64,000 nt of DNA from Candidatus Kapaibacterium sp. (GTDB lineage Bacteria; Bacteroidota; Ignavibacteria; Kapaibacteriales; UBA7675). The stretch's first letter is position 1. Every line of letters begins with the position of its first letter. The notes beneath the pieces were generated by a model. The model was not told the origin of the DNA. It was given only the letters and a program-made list of their open reading frames with translations, and searched no databases. Positions 36,380 through 46,048 of this stretch are shown here, in pieces. The translations under genes and the position numbers were made by a program. The stretch covers positions 2,922-66,921 of the forward strand of contig JANQRB010000176.1 in the NCBI GenBank assembly GCA_028284775.1, in the 5' to 3' direction.

Positions 36380-37066
36380 TTAGCTTTCAAATGGCTGTAT
36401 GTAATACAGGTTTTCAGTTTCGTTGAACTCGACCACGACAGCCTGCTGCCCCTTATTGATAGGTCGGCCGCCGAAAGTCTTGGCATTCAGCAATAGCGGC
36501 GCTCCGGACGTCGGCACCTCGATTTGTCCCAGACGATTTGATTCGACGCTGGTAATGGCAATGCCGACTTTGCCGACAATGACCCGGCGCTCGCGCTCTT
36601 CCTTCTGCATCGACGCAAACATTTTTTTCAGCGGCGCGGTTATCAACTTTGTCGCCAGAAGACTTATGCCAAAGTTGGGCAGGAAGACGAGTAATGCGGT
36701 CCAGCCGGAGTCAGCGGCATTGAAATAGTGATTACCCAGAACCGATCCAACCCAGAGAAAAAGGGCGAAAAAAGAGATGACAATCATGAACGGCACCGTG
36801 CCGAGATTGACAAATGCCAGCAGCGATTGCACCCAACCGAGTTCCGTTCCGCCATCAATGTCGGCACCCGCATCAACATCCGCGTCAAGATTGACATCGG
36901 CGGAAACATCGACATCCGTGTCGAGGTCGGCATCCAAATCAAAGTCCAGGAAGCTGATGTCCAGGGCTCCGAACATCACGATGCTCCAGTAAAGCAGCAC
37001 CAGCAAAAGCAAAAGAGTAAAAGGTAGGTTGAGTATTGAAAAAGAAACCTGTATCAATTCAGCCAT
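36380..37066 (-). CDS. NfeD-like / YqiJ-family membrane protein (flotillin operon partner, OB-fold C-terminus)
   Basis: Two N-terminal TM helices are followed by an acidic D-x-D repeat stretch (DLDADLDTDVDVSADVNLDADVDAGADID). More TM segments follow. The C-terminus is a beta-rich ~70 aa (GKVGIAITSV...GQIEVPTSGAPLLLNAKTF). It sits directly upstream of the flotillin gene in the classic yqiJ-yqiK arrangement. Confidence 0.6.
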   Translation of the reverse strand: MAELIQVSFSILNLPFTLLLLLVLLYWSIVMFGALDISFLDFDLDADLDTDVDVSADVNLDADVDAGADIDGGTELGWVQSLLAFVNLGTVPFMIVISFFALFLWVGSVLGNHYFNAADSGWTALLVFLPNFGISLLATKLITAPLKKMFASMQKEERERRVIVGKVGIAITSVESNRLGQIEVPTSGAPLLLNAKTFGGRPINKGQQAVVVEFNETENLYYIQPFES

Positions 37067-37406
37067 GGAATTCTCCGAAAAAATTTCGTCGGCATTTCAA
37101 CAGGTTATCGGAAACGTGTAGGTTGTTATGCCACATAGCTCAACTACGGAGTAGAACCTTGATTTGGTTCAAAAATCGGTCCGCAACTTTTCAGCGAAGT
37201 CAAGACATGCCTCCTGCGAACGCAAGTAATCGGCGTACGCTAAAATACGATTTCGGAGACAACAAGGGAAGGCAGTTCTCGCTTTCCGGTAACATCGCAT
37301 CAGGATGTTTCGGCGGTGACGTGAAGCGGGCGGAGCTCAGTCCCTCTCCTACTCGCTGACGGATTTTCAGGCGCTCAGGCAGAATACGGCAGCGCAATTA
37401 TTCGAA

Positions 37407-38432
37407 CTAACTCAACAGATAAATCAAAACGCCGAGAGCGGCCAGCCAGAGATTGGTTATGTTGCTCACAATAATATTGAGCAAGGCCGCTTTCGGCATG
37501 TCCTGACGCAGCATTGACAGTGTCGATTTGAATTCGGGCCAGGACGTTAAAGTTGACAAAATGAGAAAACCGATAATGCCCTTGGGTGCGCGAGATGCTT
37601 CGGATGTATATGTCACCATAAAATCAAGCAGAAATCCCGTCAAAATTAATGTCAGCATAGCCGGTAGAAACCAGACACGGGATATTGCCAGTTCGACATC
37701 TTCATCTTCACCTTCGTCATCAGGCCGGGTGATAAACAGGTAGACCGTTATAGCGACAACGAGTACGACCCAATAAAAATAGAGCGCTTCTTCGATGAGG
37801 TAAAATGAGAGTGCCAGGCTGATGGTTATGACAAATACGCACAGTCGGTATATGATATTGAGGCCCCAAACATCCTTCATCCGCCGGGCAAGCATACTTG
37901 CGGCCAGCAGCAGCAGGACATTCATGAGATTGGAGCCCAGCGGCGTAGAAGACGCAAAAATAATATCATTGCTTAACAGACCAATTACCAATACCAGCAA
38001 TTCCGGGCCGTTGGTCAAAAAGCCAACGATCGTGCCGATACCCCGTACGTTGCGCAATGTCGCAATGAGAATTTCAACCGACGTGCCGACCAGATACATC
38101 GCAAGCACAATACCGCAGGCGCCGAGAAAGGCCTGTTCCGCCTGACCGCCGTTTATGAACGCCGTAATGACGAAAAACGGCAGCACGACAGCCCAAACGA
38201 CCAGGTCAATTTTCGAAACCGATTCGCGAAGAAAAGCGCCTAATTCGTTCACAGTATTATCTATTAATCGTACTTTTGTCGGGGGCGAAACCGGGCCAAA
38301 AAAGCGATACCGACCAGCGGAAAGTGACGCAACGGCCCTGAAATTTAATCGAAAGGCAGCCATTGTTGATGAGCAGCCAAGCCAGCCGCAACGCTGACGC
38401 CGTCCGGCAGCATCGCGGTGTATAACGCGCAA
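37407..38432 (-). CDS. CaCA-family (Na+/Ca2+ exchanger-like) membrane transporter; start codon uncertain
   Basis: Two internal repeats carry alpha-repeat-like motifs (TNGPELLVLV / GSNLMNVLLLL and TSWPEFKSTLSML / SNITNLWLAALG). The protein is polytopic. The first ~25 codons of the tracked ORF are Arg-rich and probably not translated, so the likely start is a downstream Met. Confidence 0.55.
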   Translation of the reverse strand: MRVIHRDAAGRRQRCGWLGCSSTMAAFRLNFRAVASLSAGRYRFFGPVSPPTKVRLIDNTVNELGAFLRESVSKIDLVVWAVVLPFFVITAFINGGQAEQAFLGACGIVLAMYLVGTSVEILIATLRNVRGIGTIVGFLTNGPELLVLVIGLLSNDIIFASSTPLGSNLMNVLLLLAASMLARRMKDVWGLNIIYRLCVFVITISLALSFYLIEEALYFYWVVLVVAITVYLFITRPDDEGEDEDVELAISRVWFLPAMLTLILTGFLLDFMVTYTSEASRAPKGIIGFLILSTLTSWPEFKSTLSMLRQDMPKAALLNIIVSNITNLWLAALGVLIYLLS

Positions 38433-38558
38433 AGCCCGGCTTTAGTATTGAAGAATACTCCACACGCCTGCCCGGCAATCGGAATATTCTCCGTCGGGGG
38501 CTGTGCTTCCTGGCCTGTAACAAAAAATTCCCAGATGGATTGCTTGCGGTGAGCGCTT

Positions 38559-39119
38559 ATGAAAATGTCCGACGATCTACGCTCGATGTCTGACGACGAG
38601 GTGTTTGCGCTCGTGCGTCAGGACAACGAGCGCGCCTTCGACGAGATTTACGACCGATACGAAAAACGTTTGTTTGCTTACTGTTTGACGGTGCTGAAGG
38701 ACCGTGAGGCGGCGGCGGATGTATACCAAACGACCATGCTGACGGCCTTCAACAGCCGACATTCGTACAAGGGCGGCAATTTTCCGGCTTGGTTCTTCAC
38801 CATAGCACGCAATTTTTGCCTGAAAGCAAAGCGCAATGTATTGCAGGTCACGTCCATTGACGACTACGCAGAGAGCATTCCCAACGAGCGCGACAGGACA
38901 AACGCCGACTTTCTGCTGGATGAAGCGTTCAGCCGAGCGATCGCCGAGTTGCCCGAGGAATTTCGTCTGCCGATCGAATACAAGTACATGGGCGGCTTTG
39001 CCTACGACGAAATCGCAGAAATGCTCGGTATTAGTCTCTCGCTGGTCAAAGTTCGCATCTTCCGCGGCAAAAAGATCTTACGCAAGGTGCTTCAACCCTA
39101 CATGCAAGAATTGTCATGA
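38559..39119 (+). CDS. ECF-type RNA polymerase sigma-70 factor
   Basis: Region 2 is FDEIYDRYEKRLFAYCLTVLKDREAAADVYQTTMLTAF. Region 4 HTH is LPEEFRLPIEYKYMGGFAYDEIAEMLGISLSLVKVRIFRGKKIL. Confidence 0.85.
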   Translation: MKMSDDLRSMSDDEVFALVRQDNERAFDEIYDRYEKRLFAYCLTVLKDREAAADVYQTTMLTAFNSRHSYKGGNFPAWFFTIARNFCLKAKRNVLQVTSIDDYAESIPNERDRTNADFLLDEAFSRAIAELPEEFRLPIEYKYMGGFAYDEIAEMLGISLSLVKVRIFRGKKILRKVLQPYMQELS

Positions 39120-40201
39120 AAAATGATGAATTGATTGAAGGTCTGCTGGACGGCCGACTCAACGAGAAGGAACGAAAGGAGCTGGAGCGGCGCTCGGCCG
39201 CTTCACAGGAGTTGGCTGATGAAGTAAAGGATTTGCAGCGCGTTGAGCAGCTGCTGTTGCGACGCGCCGATGGTATCCTCGGATCCTCAGGAGCGATGCG
39301 CGATAAGGTCCGCGAACGTTTGCGCGATGAGCTGGGCTTCACGGCGCAGAAGAATGATGTCAGTGCGAACGTACAACAGGCGAATAAAAAGAAACGGCGG
39401 CGAATAATTTTCTTTTTCATCGTTTTTCTGGGCCTGAGCTCCACGATCGCATGGCTGACGCTCGGCGGCAGCTCCGGCGTAGTGCCTTCCGGCAGCGACA
39501 CTGCAGACAATATCGACATCACTCGCCAGACAGAAGCGGATCCCGTAATTTCCGAGCACACTGCAAGCGAAGCAATTGTTGTCGACGCCACTTCTCAGTC
39601 GGAAGACGGCCCAAGCAGTGACGGACAGTTCGATGAGACGGCAACGACAGCGCCTGCGGGCGAAGCCGAAGAAACTGACTTTGCAGACTCGGAAGAGCGT
39701 TCACAGCAAGTGTTGCAGTCACCCCCTGAGTCTAGGCCGGAACAGCCTGGAAACGAAGCTCCCCAGAGTTTAGCTGCCGACACCCCGGAAGGCATGCAGC
39801 CGCAGGAGCGGGAAGAGATTGTCGGCAGCGTCGAGTCTTCGGATGCGCTGCAGCAGCAGCTTCGCAAGGCAATCGCCGGTCTGGAAAGGACGTTTGCGGC
39901 GGGCGGAACGGCAATGGACAGAGCCGTCGCAGCACAACGCATTGCGGCTATGTATACGCGCCTTCAGGAAGCGGAGCAGGCTGCCGGCTATCTGCAAGAG
40001 GCTGTAGATCTTGCGCGCGAAGCGGGGTTAGACGCAATCGAAGCCGACGCACTGGGTCATCTTGCTTTGAACCGCGCCGAGTTGGGCCTGGAAGGCAAAG
40101 CGACTGAGTTGCTGGAACGATGTATCGCGATCCTGCAATCGACCGATTCCAATGAATTGGGACGCTGGCAAATGGAGCTGGAAAAACTGCGGCAGCGTTG
40201 A
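39116..40201 (+). CDS. Putative anti-sigma factor (single-pass membrane protein, TPR-like C-terminal region)
   Basis: The start overlaps the sigma-factor stop as ATGA. One TM helix (IIFFFIVFLGLSSTIAWLTLGG) lies around residue 100, after a charged N-terminal region. The periplasmic part is acidic and low-complexity, followed by helical repeats. Confidence 0.55.
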   Translation: MKNDELIEGLLDGRLNEKERKELERRSAASQELADEVKDLQRVEQLLLRRADGILGSSGAMRDKVRERLRDELGFTAQKNDVSANVQQANKKKRRRIIFFFIVFLGLSSTIAWLTLGGSSGVVPSGSDTADNIDITRQTEADPVISEHTASEAIVVDATSQSEDGPSSDGQFDETATTAPAGEAEETDFADSEERSQQVLQSPPESRPEQPGNEAPQSLAADTPEGMQPQEREEIVGSVESSDALQQQLRKAIAGLERTFAAGGTAMDRAVAAQRIAAMYTRLQEAEQAAGYLQEAVDLAREAGLDAIEADALGHLALNRAELGLEGKATELLERCIAILQSTDSNELGRWQMELEKLRQR

Positions 40202-40369
40202 CAGAAGGGGAATGGAAGCAAAAACATCCTGAAAACTCCTTACTCGCCCAACTGCGCGAGTTAACAATCTCCGCGCAGCGGAGCACAGCCCGGCGAGAGG
40301 TCACACAGCCGTCTTGTATCGTGCGGGCGGCTCAGCAGTAGAGCCCACAGGTGCACCATACCTGTGGGC

Positions 40370-42520
40370 TTAATTTTTTCCGTCCTGATTATGCCAGACC
40401 AAGACGCGAACCCGTCGACCGTACATCCGACCTTCCGGAAGAGTGTCGGGCAGCGGCCCAACAGACGCGCCAAGGCCAAGCGTCTCCGCTTCGGGCAGCC
40501 CCAGTGCCTGTGCCACCGCCTCCGCACGCCGCCGTGACAACTCACGATTCGTCTCCTCCGTACCACTCAGATCGGCCGCGCCGAGGATTCGGACACTATC
40601 GGCATTGCGCACTGATCCGGCAATCGCCGTGATCATCGCTCGATGATGCGGCTTTAACTGCGCGCTATTATGATCGAACCAGGCAAAGGTGAAGACTCTG
40701 ACCGCTGTGTCGAGAATCGCGCGATTCTGACGGCGGATACTGTGGCTAAAGCTTATAGCGCCGGGCGTCGTTATTTTTTGTGAGCCATCGAGATCCCGTA
40801 CGCTCATCGTATGCTCAAAATTCTGCGATAGGCCGGAAATTTTCAGGGCTTCATCGCTTGTGACGAATCGCCAGGATACCTGCCCGGGCGGATCGCCCTT
40901 GCCGCTGAAAGTTTTGACGACGCCTTCGCTGCCGGACACATCAATTCGCCAATCCGCCACGCCCGCCTCGGCATACACTTCCGGATAAAAACGCACTTCC
41001 GGCGGCGTTCCCTCTCGCAGCGTGTCGGCAAGACTCAGAGGCGCTAAAATCCGCGGATCATCTGCTTCAAAGTTCAGCCGGCGTCGCTCCGCCGCCTGCC
41101 GCTCATCGGAAAGCGCGTCTGCCGATTCGCCGGCGACAGCCAGCCGCAATTCGATCCGCTCTTTATCGATCCGCCAAATATCCACCAGATAGTCCCGAAT
41201 CGAGGCAAAACGCGCGGCAGACAATTTCTCGGCCTCAGCCGAATTTGTGGTTTCCTGCCTGATACCGAGCGTGGCGTCGCGATGCAGCTGCATCCGCCTT
41301 CCGATTACATTGAGCAGCTGGTAATACGACTCGCCCTCGCTCTGCTGGTCAAAACGCTCGCGAAACTGCCGCACCTCGCTGCGGCTAAGCTGCACATATC
41401 GCTCCGGCAGTTCTGACGATCCCTCCGCAAAGAAGAGGCAGGGCAGCAGCGGAAAATGCTCTTTCCGGATAAACTCATCGACTTCAATACGTACTTCATC
41501 GGTCTCACTGCCGTCGGGCAAGACGAATCGGACGTCAAGACCGGCCAGCAACAATGCCTCCGGCTTTGGCACTTCGCGCAGCCAGGACTCGTGAATCGTG
41601 GTGCGCCGAAAGCTGATGTTGTCGCGCTCCCAAGAGCTGTCAAGCGGATTACTGCCGATCAATGTCACACGATCCCGTGAAATACCGGCTGTCAGAGTAA
41701 TAACCGTGTCGCGGCGAAAGAGGGTATCAGCGATTATCCTCGGCGGCGGCGATGCAAGGTAACGAAAGCCGAGGCCCACGCTCAGGCGGCTGACATTCCA
41801 GTTGGCGTCGCCGGCAAGTGAGCTGAGGGATTGCTCAATGCCCAGCTCAGCACGCGGCTCCACGCCGCCCAGGCGCAGCACGGGCAAGCCCAGTTGCAGG
41901 GCAGCCCGCAGCGAGGCCGTCACTGTGGCGAGTTGATCGAGCGCGCCGCTCTTGGTGGATCGAGTCCGCGAACCATTGAGAAAGAGAGGCCCCGGCGGAC
42001 TAATGATTGTCTCCGACTGGGCAAAGCTGCTGCTGGTGGGAATATCCAGCCGGATGCCGCTGACAAGATAGAGCTCGTTCATCCACGGCAATACCAGGCG
42101 CGCAAAGGGCGTAATACTCAGAAAAGCAGCATCGACTTCAAGCTGGTGGAGGATGACACCCTCCTCGTTGTTTCCCGCCACGATAAAGGTGGTGTTTTCC
42201 CGGGCTTCCAGTTCAATCGAAGGAAAGGGTTCGTAAGCGAGCCGCAGCCCGAGTCCCAACCAGGGACGCGCGTGGACGAGACCCTCCAGTGCCAGGGAAA
42301 AACCGCTGCCGCTTCCGGTGGAAAAAGGATCGGAAGTGGGCGGCAACTCAATCGGAGCGAGCGTTGAAAAATTAGGGCTGTGATCGCTGAAAGTAAACAA
42401 CAGGAGAGCGCCGAATTCCGGCGCGACCCGGTCCGCGGCCGTCACTGTACCGGCGGTCCCGGCAAATAACAGGCAAATACAGAATCTTGCGAACCACTCC
42501 CGCCGGTGCTGCACTATCAT
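40370..42520 (-). CDS. OmpA-family outer-membrane/peptidoglycan-associated protein (716 aa)
   Basis: A signal peptide is present. The C-terminal OmpA-like domain is recognisable (NSAQLKPHHRAMITAIAGSVRNADSVRILGAADLSGTEETNRELSRRRAEAVAQALG). The N-terminal two-thirds are beta-rich. Confidence 0.75.
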   Translation of the reverse strand: MIVQHRREWFARFCICLLFAGTAGTVTAADRVAPEFGALLLFTFSDHSPNFSTLAPIELPPTSDPFSTGSGSGFSLALEGLVHARPWLGLGLRLAYEPFPSIELEARENTTFIVAGNNEEGVILHQLEVDAAFLSITPFARLVLPWMNELYLVSGIRLDIPTSSSFAQSETIISPPGPLFLNGSRTRSTKSGALDQLATVTASLRAALQLGLPVLRLGGVEPRAELGIEQSLSSLAGDANWNVSRLSVGLGFRYLASPPPRIIADTLFRRDTVITLTAGISRDRVTLIGSNPLDSSWERDNISFRRTTIHESWLREVPKPEALLLAGLDVRFVLPDGSETDEVRIEVDEFIRKEHFPLLPCLFFAEGSSELPERYVQLSRSEVRQFRERFDQQSEGESYYQLLNVIGRRMQLHRDATLGIRQETTNSAEAEKLSAARFASIRDYLVDIWRIDKERIELRLAVAGESADALSDERQAAERRRLNFEADDPRILAPLSLADTLREGTPPEVRFYPEVYAEAGVADWRIDVSGSEGVVKTFSGKGDPPGQVSWRFVTSDEALKISGLSQNFEHTMSVRDLDGSQKITTPGAISFSHSIRRQNRAILDTAVRVFTFAWFDHNSAQLKPHHRAMITAIAGSVRNADSVRILGAADLSGTEETNRELSRRRAEAVAQALGLPEAETLGLGASVGPLPDTLPEGRMYGRRVRVLVWHNQDGKN

Positions 42521-42529
42521 CCGGCAAAT

Positions 42530-45500
42530 TTATTCAAAGCGCACTGTCCGTACCAGAGAAAATGTGCCTGAACGCAGCCGACAGAAATAAATCCCGGAGG
42601 GTAACTCATCGGCGCCAAGGCTGGTGCTGCTTTCCCCCGCCTGACGGTCGATCCGCTCGCTCAGATCGAGCACAAGGCTGCCGGCCATATCGAATATCTC
42701 GAGCGCGACGTCGCCGGCGGGATAACTGACGATAATTTCGGCTTCGCCTTCGCTAAGCGAGCTGGGTGTGATCTGCAAAGTCAGCGGCACCCCGTTTGGG
42801 TTGACAAAACGGAGACTTTCGTCGTAGTCCCAGATATCACTGGTCCGAAACTGGCCGGACTGCAACTCGATGTCGGCTTCGATCACGTTGCCCTCGCCAT
42901 CAAGCCAGGCAAAGTCGTCAAGCCCGAGAGGCGTTGTTTCGGCATCGCCAAGTCCCGCAATCATGGGAATGGCGATCAGGGTCTGCGCGCCGCCCGTCAG
43001 GCCTGCAACGTCGAATGCGCTGTTAACGGTCATCCTTTGCAAGCCATCTTCGACAGGGCCTCGCAGCGCCGGATCGGCAGCAGTGCACATACTGGCGTTG
43101 AAGCTGAGACGAAATCGCAGGGAGGCGACGTCGGCCACTGTTAATGATTCATTATACTCTTCAATAATCAGCGGCAGCAAAAAACGCTCGCCGACCCGGG
43201 CCGTCAGTTCCGCCGGAATACTGAGTCTGGCGAAAGGCGGCGGCCGCTCACCGGTTCCGCTCAGTCTAACGACAAGATCCCAGGGCTCATCGCTAACAAT
43301 TTTGAGTTCAGCCTCAAACAGGCCCTCTTCCTGCGGCTTGAAGCGTAGACGCAACGTTATCGATGCACAGGGAGCCAGCGTGCCGGTCGACGCACTTAAC
43401 AACTCGAAATAGTCATAATCCTGGAGGATGTCGCTAATCTCAAAATTGATGGTTTCGCGCGATTGGTTGCTAATGCGCAGATTTTTGACTCTTTCTTCAC
43501 CGATCATGACGACGCCCATTCCCAATGAGCTTCCGACGGCCAATCCGCGGGGCGCTTCCGGCGTGAAGAGACCCACGAAGGCTTCCCGGGTCGGCAGCTC
43601 GTCTTCCGCTTTCTTAAACCTGGCCTGCGCTGCTTTGCCTCTGATGGGCAGATCGACTGATTCGGTATAGCCGGCAAGGACGATCAATCCCTGGCTATTG
43701 AGCGCCAGATCGTGTCCCGCATCAAAACTGCTTCCGCCGAAAACATCGCTATAGGTAAAGCGGGGCTGCTCTTCCAGCCTCAGGCTTGCCAGGAAGACGT
43801 CGCTGGAATCCACGGCGCCGGTACAGCCTGCATTAATCAGAGGAAAGTTCTTTGAATAGGTGCTGCCGCAGATAAATACATTTTGTTCGCGATCCCAGCT
43901 TAGTGCGTAGGCAGTGTCGACGGTCTCGCCGCCGATGTAGGACGCGAACTCCACCGTACCGCCGTTCGCGGACATCAGGGCCACAAAGGCATCGACATCG
44001 CCTTCCGCCAGGAGGGGGTACGGCGCTTCATCGCTGACAGGGAAATCCTTCGAGTTGGTTGCGCCGGCCAGCACTACGCGACCGTTGTCGACGAGGGCGA
44101 TGTCCATGGCAATTTCATCACCCTCGCCGCCCATCATAGTCGAGGAGATCAATTGACCGCTGAAGCTGAACCTGCTGAGAAAAATGTCGTCTCCATCCAG
44201 ATACTTGACGCCGCCCCCTTCCGTGACGAAGTCATCGGATCGGGTCAAGCCGGTAACGTAAACATCTTCGTCGTCGCCCAGGGTCAAGGCCGTGGCGCGG
44301 TCATTGTTCATGCCGCCCAGAAAAGTCGCATAGCGCAGTTCCCTCAGATTGGGCGTCAGCGCCATGACGAAGGCATCGAATTCGTCGCTCTTGTCTTCAC
44401 TGCGGTTAAGATTAGCCTGAAAAGCTTCTTCCAATGGGAAGTCACCCGAATTCGTCCAGCCCGCCAGATAAACACGACCGTCTTCGCCGACAGATACCGC
44501 GGTGGCGGCTTCGTGCAGATCTCCACCCAGGTAGCTGGCATAGATCAGCTCGGAGGCATCGGCATTAAGACGCGCGACGAAGGCATCGCGTCCGCCATAA
44601 AACTTTTGGCCGACGACGCCTTCACTGATGGGAAAGTCCAGTTGAGATTCGGTCTGGCCGCAAATGATGATGTCGCCTTCAGGGCCGAGAGCAAGGTCCA
44701 GCGCGACATCGCGCTCTTCGCCGCCAAAGTAGGTCGCGCTCTTTACTACGGAGGCATCAGGGCTGAGAATTGCGATGACGGCATCGACATCCTGATTCTG
44801 TTCGCGCTGGTAGGCACCATCCTGCGCCGGGAAATCAGCCGAAGTGCTCTGGCCGACTGCTATGATGTTATCGTTTTCGTCCACAGCAATTGCATGAAAC
44901 TCGTCATTGGCCGTCCCGCCGATAAAGGTCGATGATACCAGGGGATCGATAATCAGTTCACGGCTCTTGTCGTAGGCCGCCAGCTCGAAGTCGACGGTAG
45001 GATGCGTGTCGACGTAAGAAAGCCGGAAGGCACAGGCTACCTCGACCGTATCCTCGCCAAACATCTGGTAGGCGAACAAATTATCCTGCCGCCATTCGTC
45101 CTGTCCGGTTTCCATAATCAAGGCCGCGTCATTGTCGAGCCGGACGTTGCGACAGCCGGTGATCGCAATGCGGATGAGCGAGGGATCGCTGCCCGGCGCC
45201 ACATGCAAATCGTAGCGCGGCTGTCCATTCTGAAATTTCACGACGGCATCGATGCCGGGATACAGATCGCGCATAACAGCGCGCTCGTACTGCGCAACAT
45301 TGCCCACATGCCGGCTCGAACGAATGTAATGGCGGCGGCCGGGCACAGATCCCCATCCTTCGCAGCGTGAATCCGCGCCAATGAAACGCAACGTCACCAC
45401 GGCACCGCGTCGCATTGAATGGTCGCTCGACCTTATCCGGTCGGCAAGAAAGGGGGCGGCTTGCGGTTGATTGTCGGTGCCGGAAGCGGGATTCGGCGAG

Positions 45501-45760
45501 CCATACATATCGATAACGATGCGATCACCACACAGCCACAGATCGGTGCCGGGTGCCTGCGCCTGCATCTGTACGTCCTGCTGCCATTGACCTTCGTTGG
45601 GAACAAAGGCTGCCGGCACCATGACATCAGGCAGAGGCGATCCCGCCTGCAGCTCGCTTCCACAAAATGCAAACGCCTGCAGCAGAAACAGTACCAATGC
45701 TCCTGCCTGCAGGCGTATGCCTGAAGCGATAACTCCGAAAGTCATCGACGAAATATTCAT
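42530..45760 (-). CDS. Large secreted protein (1,076 aa) with SBBP beta-propeller repeats and T9SS C-terminal sorting domain
   Basis: A signal peptide is present. SBBP-type repeats recur (ATYFGGEERDVALDLAL, ASYLGGDLHEAATAV, ATFLGGMNNDRATALTL, ASYIGGETVDTAYAL). The C-terminus fits the T9SS CTD pattern (...ALEIFDMAGSLVLDL...GIYFCRL...). Confidence 0.8.
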   Translation of the reverse strand: MNISSMTFGVIASGIRLQAGALVLFLLQAFAFCGSELQAGSPLPDVMVPAAFVPNEGQWQQDVQMQAQAPGTDLWLCGDRIVIDMYGSPNPASGTDNQPQAAPFLADRIRSSDHSMRRGAVVTLRFIGADSRCEGWGSVPGRRHYIRSSRHVGNVAQYERAVMRDLYPGIDAVVKFQNGQPRYDLHVAPGSDPSLIRIAITGCRNVRLDNDAALIMETGQDEWRQDNLFAYQMFGEDTVEVACAFRLSYVDTHPTVDFELAAYDKSRELIIDPLVSSTFIGGTANDEFHAIAVDENDNIIAVGQSTSADFPAQDGAYQREQNQDVDAVIAILSPDASVVKSATYFGGEERDVALDLALGPEGDIIICGQTESQLDFPISEGVVGQKFYGGRDAFVARLNADASELIYASYLGGDLHEAATAVSVGEDGRVYLAGWTNSGDFPLEEAFQANLNRSEDKSDEFDAFVMALTPNLRELRYATFLGGMNNDRATALTLGDDEDVYVTGLTRSDDFVTEGGGVKYLDGDDIFLSRFSFSGQLISSTMMGGEGDEIAMDIALVDNGRVVLAGATNSKDFPVSDEAPYPLLAEGDVDAFVALMSANGGTVEFASYIGGETVDTAYALSWDREQNVFICGSTYSKNFPLINAGCTGAVDSSDVFLASLRLEEQPRFTYSDVFGGSSFDAGHDLALNSQGLIVLAGYTESVDLPIRGKAAQARFKKAEDELPTREAFVGLFTPEAPRGLAVGSSLGMGVVMIGEERVKNLRISNQSRETINFEISDILQDYDYFELLSASTGTLAPCASITLRLRFKPQEEGLFEAELKIVSDEPWDLVVRLSGTGERPPPFARLSIPAELTARVGERFLLPLIIEEYNESLTVADVASLRFRLSFNASMCTAADPALRGPVEDGLQRMTVNSAFDVAGLTGGAQTLIAIPMIAGLGDAETTPLGLDDFAWLDGEGNVIEADIELQSGQFRTSDIWDYDESLRFVNPNGVPLTLQITPSSLSEGEAEIIVSYPAGDVALEIFDMAGSLVLDLSERIDRQAGESSTSLGADELPSGIYFCRLRSGTFSLVRTVRFE

Positions 45761-46048
45761 AAGTCAGATCTCGGATTTGCGGCCTAGCGCTCTCGGGGCT
45801 TTCGGCGGTACCGGCACGCGCTAAAACACCGCGAATGCTCTTCGTGCATATACCAGGGCATTGCGGAAAGTTACAGAGAGCGCCTCGACTTCGCCAAAGC
45901 AAATCGACGAATTTCGAAGGATTGCGCAGAAGCTGTGATGCGCCGTCGCGGGATCCTTCACAGCCTCTGCTACAAAGCAAAACGGGGATGCCTCAGCACA
46001 CCCCCGTTTACATCGTTCATTCAGTTTTGAAATGCTCGCGACCTAAAG

